Part shown: in pieces, positions 1-6,839 of the stretch
Position numbering within the stretch: position 1 is the stretch's first letter
How the letters are laid out: every line of letters begins with the position of its first letter
DNA from: an archaeon
Lineage (GTDB): Archaea > Asgardarchaeota > Thorarchaeia > Thorarchaeales > Thorarchaeaceae
DNA length: 32,000 nt
Assembly: GCA_024275415.1 (NCBI GenBank)
Contig: JAJRZD010000059.1
Location: 54,169 to 86,168, forward strand
Direction of reading: 5' to 3'
Position numbers and translations under genes: made by a program
The notes under the pieces: model-generated
What the model saw: only the letters and a program-made list of their open reading frames with translations
Database searches by the model: none
Told to the model about the DNA's origin: nothing

Positions 1-96
1 ATAGAGAAGCACCACCTTCTACTCTCTTTGTTTCACACCAAAGTTGACTTCATAGACCACTCCCCGACCTGCTCTATATATATGGGGTGATATGAA

Positions 97-1059
97 ATGT
101 CCTCACGAACAGACCGGAAGAAGCGTGCAGAAAGACACGCGCGAGATCAAGAGGAGTTCAGGTGTCCAGAATGTGGTGGTACTGATGTTGTTCAAGACCT
201 TGAAAAAGGTGAAAGGATCTGCGCCACCTGCGGACTCGTTTTGAGCGACCACAGGATCGACACCGGGCCCGAATGGAGGGCATTCACCTCTGACGAGAAG
301 GATGCTCGGTCAAGAGCGGGTGCCCCGACAAACTATGCAATCCATGACAAAGGCTTGTCAACTATGATTGACTGGCGCGACCATGATTCATCTGGAAAGA
401 AGTTCTCCGCTAAGAAGCGTTCGGAGATCTACAGGCTTCGCAAATGGCAGATTCGAACCAGAGTCCACTCCTCTGTCGATAGGAATCTGGCACAGGCGAT
501 GTCTGAGCTCGAGAGGCTGTCCTCACAGCTGGGACTCACGAAAAGCATCAAGGAGCTTGCAGCTCTCCTGTACAGGAAGCTCATCATCCGAAGACTTGCA
601 CGGAGCAGGTCGATAGATGCGATGGTCGGAGCTGCGATATATGCGGCGTGTCGGCTGAGGGAGTCACCAAGGTCGCTTGAGGAGATCGCTCGACACTCAC
701 GCGTCACCAAGAAGAAGATTGGTCAGCACTACCGGCTTCTCGTGGAGAAGCTCAAGCTCAGGATGCCCATCTCGGATCCTGCGAACTATGTTCCGAGATT
801 CATCACACAGCTTGGACTTCCTGGAGAGGTACAACAGAAGGTGCTGGAGATTCTGACGCTGGCAAAGGAGAACCGAACACTTGTGACTGGCCGTGACCCG
901 CGAGGGCTGGCTGCAGCAGCGATATACATCGCGTCAATCCTCACTGATCACAGGGTGACCCAGCGAGATATTGCCATGGCTGCGGGAGTCACAGAGGTAA
1001 CAGTTCGCAACCGATACAAGGAGCTCGTGAACAAACTCAACATCACGATGGCTCCCTAG
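97..1059 (+). CDS. tfb: Transcription initiation factor IIB (TFB), paralogue 1
   Basis: Zn ribbon CPECG...CATCG, B-reader GPEWRAF, HDKGLST, two cyclin repeats, C-terminal HTH GVTEVTVRNRYKEL. SD-like GGGGTGA at 84-90. Confidence 0.98.
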   Translation: MSSRTDRKKRAERHARDQEEFRCPECGGTDVVQDLEKGERICATCGLVLSDHRIDTGPEWRAFTSDEKDARSRAGAPTNYAIHDKGLSTMIDWRDHDSSGKKFSAKKRSEIYRLRKWQIRTRVHSSVDRNLAQAMSELERLSSQLGLTKSIKELAALLYRKLIIRRLARSRSIDAMVGAAIYAACRLRESPRSLEEIARHSRVTKKKIGQHYRLLVEKLKLRMPISDPANYVPRFITQLGLPGEVQQKVLEILTLAKENRTLVTGRDPRGLAAAAIYIASILTDHRVTQRDIAMAAGVTEVTVRNRYKELVNKLNITMAP

Positions 1060-1146
1060 GAGATATCCTAGTAGGTGATCATCACAACCCACGAATCAAC
1101 GCACGCGACATGTGATCGCACTACATAGGAGAGAGATCTAAACAAT

Positions 1147-2127
1147 ATGGTATCTACACTTGGAATAGGAATGAAGCACTCACGGAAGAGAAGGAACACC
1201 AACAACATTCTGGAGGGGCACATCAAAGCCTGCTCTGAATGTGGTGGGACTGAGATCATCCGTGACAACGAGAAGGGGGAAATTATCTGCGCGACATGCG
1301 GTCTGATCCTAAGTGACCATCGCATCGATTCTGGTCCAGAATGGAGAGCCTTCACCAGTGATGAGAAAGACGCACGTTCTCGAACAGGAGCACCAACCAA
1401 CTTTGCCCGCCATGACAAGGGACTTTCCACTGTCATCGATTGGCGCGACCATGACTCACAAGGGCGTCGCTTTACTTCGAAACAACGCGCTCAGATATAC
1501 CGCCTGAGGACGTTGCATATCAGGACTCGAGTCCACGGTTCGCTCGACCGGAATCTTGCCCAGGCAATGACCGAAATGGACAGACTAGCATCGCAGCTAG
1601 GACTCTCTAAGGGTATAAAGGAGCTATCAGCGATGCTTTATAGGAAGCTCATCGTCGGACTGAGAGCCAAGATCCGTTCAATCGACGCGACTGTCGCAGC
1701 ATCAATCTATGCGGCTTGCAGACTGAGGAAATCACCGCGCTCTCTTGAAGAGATTGCCAAGTTCTCACCAGTTTCTAAGAAGAAGATTGGTGCACACTAT
1801 CGGATGCTAGCGACCAAGATGAAACTGCGAATGCCTATCCCTGGCCCGGAGAACTACGTTTCAAGGTTCATCTCAGACCTAGGCCTTCCACCGGTGGTAC
1901 AGAAGATGACCCTTGAAATCATCGAGCGAGCCAAGGAGGTCCGGAACCTTGTGTCCGGGAGAGACCCCCGGGGTCTTGCAGCAGCATCTATCTACATTGC
2001 GGCAATCATCACGGATCAACGAGTCACACAGCGAGCAATTGCTAGGACTGCTGGGGTCACTGAAGTCACTATCAGGAATCGTTACAAGGAGCTCGTGAAG
2101 AAGCTCGAACTCGCTATAGTTCCTTAA
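1147..2127 (+). CDS. tfb: Transcription initiation factor IIB (TFB), paralogue 2; start may be the in-frame ATG at 1171
   Basis: CSECG...CATCG, GPEWRAF, HDKGLST, GRDPRGLAAA, GVTEVTIRNRYKEL. Collinear with paralogue 1 over its whole length. Confidence 0.98.
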   Translation: MVSTLGIGMKHSRKRRNTNNILEGHIKACSECGGTEIIRDNEKGEIICATCGLILSDHRIDSGPEWRAFTSDEKDARSRTGAPTNFARHDKGLSTVIDWRDHDSQGRRFTSKQRAQIYRLRTLHIRTRVHGSLDRNLAQAMTEMDRLASQLGLSKGIKELSAMLYRKLIVGLRAKIRSIDATVAASIYAACRLRKSPRSLEEIAKFSPVSKKKIGAHYRMLATKMKLRMPIPGPENYVSRFISDLGLPPVVQKMTLEIIERAKEVRNLVSGRDPRGLAAASIYIAAIITDQRVTQRAIARTAGVTEVTIRNRYKELVKKLELAIVP

Positions 2128-2224
2128 TGGAACATTGGATGGCCGTAACACTGTTTGCGGTCATCTCCTCATTTTCTTTCGGACTGGAAAACTGTCGTGT
2201 AAGAACAGTAATCAGAATGCTAGC

Positions 2225-2881
2225 TCATTTGTGAGAGCTGTCAATCGCCTCAAAGAACTTCTCGGTGAGGAAAGCCCTATAGAGGAACCCTCCCCAGCCT
2301 GAATGCTTCATGAGGGTCGAGATGTCGCCGAGCAGCTCCTCCCTCGATGACACTTTCACATCAAAGATCTCGTACGTGTCGATAGGCTTCATCTCACCAC
2401 CGACCTCACGCGCCAGAAAGACAAGAGAGCGCCATGGGATGATACCCTCGGCACACCGAACGTCAAGTGTGAGGTCAAGTACGAAGCGGTCAAGCTCGAT
2501 GTCCAGCCCTGTTTCTTCTTTCATCTCTCTCTTGGCAGCCTCTTCGATCGGCTCACCATCCTTCGCACCTCCCGATGGCGCACGATAGATGCCAGTCCTC
2601 GAATAGGCGTGCTTCTGGATAGTGACATAACCTCCGTCCTTGGGAATGAAACAAGTAATATCGTGTTGTCGTCCTTTCAGGGAAGACCTACGGACGAGGT
2701 CACACTCGAAATCCAAGAAGTCAGCTGCAAAATGAAACTTGAGAGGAATGCCGAACTTGGAAACTAGCAGTTCATATTCCTTGTCTGTGATGTCGTTCAG
2801 GATGCCTCGCCAGATGTCCCAGAGAACGCAGGAACAAAAGCATTGTGATGTGTAGCAATCTTTTTTCGGGTGTATGTACAT
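2225..2881 (-). CDS. Nudix hydrolase; true start probably downstream, around 2800
   Basis: Complete Nudix box GGAKDGEPIEEAAKREMKEETGL (G-x5-E-x7-REUxEExGU). The first ~27 aa of the ORF look non-coding. Confidence 0.9.
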   Translation of the reverse strand: MYIHPKKDCYTSQCFCSCVLWDIWRGILNDITDKEYELLVSKFGIPLKFHFAADFLDFECDLVRRSSLKGRQHDITCFIPKDGGYVTIQKHAYSRTGIYRAPSGGAKDGEPIEEAAKREMKEETGLDIELDRFVLDLTLDVRCAEGIIPWRSLVFLAREVGGEMKPIDTYEIFDVKVSSREELLGDISTLMKHSGWGGFLYRAFLTEKFFEAIDSSHK

Positions 2882-2933
2882 AATCTACGCAGGTATATTC
2901 AGGATGTCGAGTCATAAGAGAGAACGGTGAGGG

Positions 2934-3416
2934 ATGGTTATGAGCAAATGGGAATGGGAATTCGGCAACCTTCGGGTGACACTCAGGATAGGTCCTGTCG
3001 ACGATTCTGGGATGGGGCTCGTCGTGAAGTCTAGGAACATCCCGTTGGGCATGCATGCTGGAGGAATAGATGGCGGATTCAAGATCTCAGTCCAAGAAGC
3101 CTCCAATGCTGAACATATCGAGTATTGGCCGGCAATCACAATGCTTGACCAGGATAGACGACAGGCTATCAATCAGGCGGTCTGTCAGGCACTGTCGAAG
3201 GCAGAGGAAAGCAATGCGAAAGAAGTAGGGATCTACACGATGGGGCTTGAAGTCTCCAGAGTGCCCAGTTGGGAGGTAGCAGAGGAGATAGCAAAGGCAG
3301 TGTATCAACATTCCATGAATGATTGCTCTGTCGGGCATGTGGTGGTCGTGGCAAGCTCGCCAACCCAGATGAGCTCGTTCCAATACGCCTTTGACAACGC
3401 TTCAATTCTCATTTAG
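2934..3416 (+). CDS. Degenerate macro-domain-like protein
   Basis: Motif order fits the macro fold: VTLRIGPV (cf. GDI), LVVKSRNIPLGMHAGGI (cf. IVNAAN..L..GGGV), QALSKAEESNAKEVGIYTMG (cf. aL..Ae..g.kSIAfPaIstG), final VVVV strand then helix. Matched by eye. Confidence 0.6.
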   Translation: MVMSKWEWEFGNLRVTLRIGPVDDSGMGLVVKSRNIPLGMHAGGIDGGFKISVQEASNAEHIEYWPAITMLDQDRRQAINQAVCQALSKAEESNAKEVGIYTMGLEVSRVPSWEVAEEIAKAVYQHSMNDCSVGHVVVVASSPTQMSSFQYAFDNASILI

Positions 3417-3523
3417 GAGTTGGATCGGTATTCAAAGTAAATGCATACAAGTGATAAGAACTCGATCAGAAAGACTGCACTATCCAACAAGCAAGTACAT
3501 ATGGTTCTACCCAGTGAAAAGGA

Positions 3524-3931
3524 TTGAAGGTGGAAATGTTGAATGCTGAAAGGGGGTTTGGCAAAGCACAGATGTATAGAGATATTGCCCTCGAGTCAAT
3601 TGAAAAGAAAAGATTCGACTTTGCCGGATTCTCAGCTCAACAGGCAGTAGAATTCTTTCTTAAAGGATTCCTGATCGAACTTGTAGGAGTTCGGCCATAC
3701 ACGCATTCGCTCCCTGAACTGTTAGCGGCCCTTAACGAAGCAGGTATAGAAAGTCCTCCCGATGTCAAGGACTGTGTGAAAAGTCTTGCAGAACATTACA
3801 TTCAGGCCCGCTATCCTGATGCTCGCGTGACAGAATATGACCACGAGGAGGCAATTGAAGCCATCAAGTGCATGGAGGTGACCCTCGATTTCCTTACCAA
3901 AATTCATACGGAGTCTTCGAAAGGCAAATGA
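3524..3931 (+). CDS. HEPN domain protein (COG2250-like toxin of HEPN-MNT module); start probably ATG 3536
   Basis: FSAQQAVEFFLKG, YTHSL and HYIQARYPD motifs typical of archaeal HEPN. Directly upstream of an MNT. Confidence 0.92.
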   Translation: MKVEMLNAERGFGKAQMYRDIALESIEKKRFDFAGFSAQQAVEFFLKGFLIELVGVRPYTHSLPELLAALNEAGIESPPDVKDCVKSLAEHYIQARYPDARVTEYDHEEAIEAIKCMEVTLDFLTKIHTESSKGK

Positions 3932-4316
3932 AAGGAAAACAAAAGACTTCGATGACTTCGTGAGCCTGCTAAGAGACCGTCTGATAGAACGCGGGAGCGC
4001 ACTCCTCTTTGGCTCAAGAGCGCGTCAGGACTCTCACTGGATAAGTGATTTTGATGTGCTTGTGCTACATGATAATGTGGACAACGCTGACTCATTACGT
4101 TACTGGGCAAGGGGATACAGTGTAGACCTCTTTGTCATTGACTTGGCATCGACCAAGGAAGAGATAGAAAGAATGAACACTGTGCTCCTTGATGCATTGC
4201 TAGAAGGCGTCATCTTGTTCGATGATTTGGACACGATAGAGGAACTGAAAGAGTTCACCCTGGATATGGTCAGGACGCGAGGATTAAAAAGGCGTAAAGA
4301 TGGGGGGTATTGGTAA
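3888..4316 (+). CDS. Minimal nucleotidyltransferase (MNT antitoxin); ORF-track start is GTG 3960, but the frame is open from 3882 with a candidate ATT start at 3888
   Basis: LFGSRAR..SDFDVLV signature (hG[GS]x9-13Dh[DE]h), third acidic residue in VDLFV, and helical LLDALLEG tail. Confidence 0.88.
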   Translation: MSLPKFIRSLRKANERKTKDFDDFVSLLRDRLIERGSALLFGSRARQDSHWISDFDVLVLHDNVDNADSLRYWARGYSVDLFVIDLASTKEEIERMNTVLLDALLEGVILFDDLDTIEELKEFTLDMVRTRGLKRRKDGGYW

Positions 4317-4395
4317 CAGCCGTTCGAAAGAAAGTCCCCACTATCGGCCTGCAATGGTTCATCTATCCTAGGATAAGGCTAATACGGAAACTATC

Positions 4396-4414
4396 TTCCG
4401 GAGATACTCCGGAA
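4396..4414. other. Perfect inverted repeat TTCCGGAG-ATA-CTCCGGAA in the gap after the TA module
   Basis: 8-bp stem with a 3-nt loop read directly. Function unknown (terminator or binding site). Confidence 0.35.
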
Positions 4415-4660
4415 TCAAACAGAAACAGCAAAAGGGCGGGGACATATGTCATTTTATCATAACCTTTGACAAAATACGAACTCCGATCATCGGGATGTGA
4501 TAGTACACATGGTCATGCAATACAAGCCATTTCATTTCATTGCATATTCTGTTTGTCTTTGCAAGTCCTAGTAGCTCGATTAATGTCATATAGATTGTAT
4601 ATGCTCATTACATCCAAATGATGATCCTCCTACCCCGCCTCCTGAAAACCGATAGGCCTG

Positions 4661-6079
4661 TCACGCTAAGAACGTGATGGCTTCCTCTTCGAACAGGCAC
4701 CTTGAGAGGTCTACGTATGGGTCCACCATCAGGGACACGCCCCGCCCGAAGGTTATAGTACAGTCAGGTGCGTCCTGCATGAGGGGGGACACCACCACAG
4801 GCACCGGGCGTTTCGGGTCTGGGTTCTTGTCACTATGGAGGTACACGTGCCTGAGCGTGGCACCGCCCACGTGATCCAACTGGACTGGGGACGCCCCTCT
4901 GAAGTCACTCAGGTCAAGGTAGAGGCGTTCCAACGACTTGAACTTTACCAGGGGGAACAGGGACTTTTCTGACGTGGGGGCATAGTGAAGTTCCCGCACT
5001 CCCGCGCAGTCGTCCACAGTCAGGAACCATACCCAGTCAAGTCCAGCCTTGCCGGACAGGGACAGACGGTTGATGTTGGATGCACGCATGAAGGCATGTG
5101 GGTCGAAGACTGGGACATCACACCCGTAGGCGAACTGTGTCAGGTGAGGGAACGTCCCCTCTGAGGGCACGAGTTTGTCCCCGTCCAGTCCGCACTCGTC
5201 CACGACCAGCACTTCGAGGTTTTTGTGCTGGGCGAGGGACGGTACGTTGTGCAGCACAACACCCATCAGGTCAAGAGTCATGATCTGGGTACATCCAGAC
5301 AGGATGTCAAGGTCGAAGGGATGCCTCCCCCTGAAGCGTTCGATACTGCGGACTATGAGGGGGCGGTAGGTGCCCACGCATACATGACGTGCCTCCTGCG
5401 AGTCTATCGTTTTCTTGTCGTAGGAGTGGGGCAAGATCGACAGCACCCTGCCGTTCCATGTCGGGTCAAGGTCCGACATATAGTGCTTCGCAGCCGACAT
5501 CTCGGCAAGGCACTCTTTTTTCTGTTCATTCCACAGGTGTACAAGACCTCTTAGTGCTAGGAGCAGGGTTCTACCCGAGGAACTGCTCCTGACCTGACGG
5601 GCATAGGAGATGACCTCCTCGAAGCCTTTCCGTTCCTCAACAAGGACGTCCCCGAGGGCCTCGAAGGCGGACATGACCACCATCACCTGTTGGAGGAGTT
5701 CGTTGTCGTACGTGTCCCCTTGCCTCGCAAGCAACCCCATGGTGTACTCGCCGCGGTCGTATAGTTCTGCGGTCCTGAACCGGGTATCATCGATGCTCAT
5801 TACAGCGTGGTGCAACACCCTGATGTTTGCTTCCTTCAGTACGGGCACGTCGGACAGGGATATGGCTGCTCCTTTCCTGAGTAGAGACCGTGGGGCGAAG
5901 GAGTCTCTTTGTCCCCCCATATGTTCTTGGAGGGTGTGTCCGTTGTAGGTGTGGTAATTGATCCTCTGGAGTGCCTTCAAGGCGTTGCCAAGGTAGTCCT
6001 TGGGCACCAGCATAGTACAGATGTCCTTGTAGAACGCGTACGCTGCAGAATAGGGGTCGGACTTGTCGAAAGGAAGCAT
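4661..6079 (-). CDS. Multi-domain protein: putative degenerate TFIIB second cyclin repeat + helical region + C-terminal leucine-rich repeats
   Basis: LRR-like segments FDLDILSGCTQIMTLDL, LAQHKNLEVLVVD, LVKFKSLERLYLDL. N-terminal SDP...LVP...PRSL...AAI...RFRTAEL resembles TFB repeat 2. Same frame as the upstream ORF. Confidence 0.6.
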   Translation of the reverse strand: MLPFDKSDPYSAAYAFYKDICTMLVPKDYLGNALKALQRINYHTYNGHTLQEHMGGQRDSFAPRSLLRKGAAISLSDVPVLKEANIRVLHHAVMSIDDTRFRTAELYDRGEYTMGLLARQGDTYDNELLQQVMVVMSAFEALGDVLVEERKGFEEVISYARQVRSSSSGRTLLLALRGLVHLWNEQKKECLAEMSAAKHYMSDLDPTWNGRVLSILPHSYDKKTIDSQEARHVCVGTYRPLIVRSIERFRGRHPFDLDILSGCTQIMTLDLMGVVLHNVPSLAQHKNLEVLVVDECGLDGDKLVPSEGTFPHLTQFAYGCDVPVFDPHAFMRASNINRLSLSGKAGLDWVWFLTVDDCAGVRELHYAPTSEKSLFPLVKFKSLERLYLDLSDFRGASPVQLDHVGGATLRHVYLHSDKNPDPKRPVPVVVSPLMQDAPDCTITFGRGVSLMVDPYVDLSRCLFEEEAITFLA

Positions 6080-6109
6080 CGTGTATCATCAATCTTTCTT
6101 TGAAAGCTC

Positions 6110-6802
6110 TTATAAAGACAAGCACTCGTCCCCGACAGTTGCCAACGGACAGGCACCACTCGTTGGCAACTCTGTGAGGGGGATGTAAATACGACTGGTC
6201 CTATAACCAATAAACAACGAAGCTATTATGCTTTGTAGGATGGACATACCCCTGTGTACCCCCTGTCTGGCTGCCAGGCGATATATGTGTAATGCCCTAT
6301 TAATGATCGCAGGGGGTGTTTGTAGTTGGGATGTGAACACGCGCATATCGCTCCACGCCTGTATCAGGTTGCGTTGGAACGAATCAGTATGGACTTCTGT
6401 AGTACGGTGGCGCTGCCAATGCGAAGCAGTACCTATTTTGAAGAAGGGGGCGACATTCCCTCGTATCCTATGGGTTTTGTCGAGGTTTTGTGGTACTTTT
6501 GGTTCCCACAGCCAGTCTGGAAAATCCCCTTCGTTACCGAAGACGAGTCCACAGTTATCCTGTTCATGTCCTAAGTCGTCCTGTCCCGTTTGGACGAGTA
6601 TCTCCTGCATGTCCCTGCTCTCGTGTCCTTTCTCGTCGATATGGAACTTTTTGAAGTAACATACGGGACACTGTAGTGGATAGAGTTTTTTTACTGGGTC
6701 TTTTTGTGCTTCGTAAATCGGTTCTTTGCAATGACGACAGACGAACCGGAGGACTACAGGTTCACCTACCACCGGTGTGATGGCAGTGATTTTCCCCAGC
6801 AC
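6110..6802 (-). CDS. MCM N-terminal OB-fold/Zn-finger fused to TFIIB first cyclin repeat; possibly a pseudogene fragment
   Basis: N-half KFIQVLG..FVCRHC..Q..P..CPVC..F..DMQEILVQ..RIRGNV follows the MCM OB/Zn pattern. C-half WQR..DSFQRNLIQAWSDMRVFTSQLQTP..ALHIYRLAARQGVHRGMSI..ASLFIGYR follows TFB repeat 1. Confidence 0.75.
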   Translation of the reverse strand: MLGKITAITPVVGEPVVLRFVCRHCKEPIYEAQKDPVKKLYPLQCPVCYFKKFHIDEKGHESRDMQEILVQTGQDDLGHEQDNCGLVFGNEGDFPDWLWEPKVPQNLDKTHRIRGNVAPFFKIGTASHWQRHRTTEVHTDSFQRNLIQAWSDMRVFTSQLQTPPAIINRALHIYRLAARQGVHRGMSILQSIIASLFIGYRTSRIYIPLTELPTSGACPLATVGDECLSL

Positions 6803-6839
6803 CTGGATAAATTTGTCCTAATGTCCTGCGTCATGGTAG

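Noticed and set aside
75-83. TATATATAT upstream of tfb1 as its TATA box
   Set aside because: It starts only 22 nt before the ATG, too close for a transcript that includes the SD at 84-90, so it cannot be assigned.
1056-1071. CTAGGA-GATA-TCCTAG hairpin over the tfb1 stop
   Set aside because: Only a 6-bp stem with no T tract, so it could be chance.
1068-1436. Antisense and alternate-frame ORFs over the tfb genes (also 368-616, 429-710, 1879-2151)
   Set aside because: Shadow ORFs of well-supported genes, with no motifs.
5787-6210. ORFs 5787-6125 and 5977-6210 (-) as independent genes
   Set aside because: They overlap the chimera in alternate frames and matter only as possible frameshift segments at the junction.
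6086-6820. Genome-wide stop-codon reassignment, or Sec/Pyl insertion, explaining the in-frame stops in the chimera
   Set aside because: All three stop types are involved, and TAA, TAG and TGA all end conserved genes normally elsewhere in the window (tfb2, tfb1, hydD).
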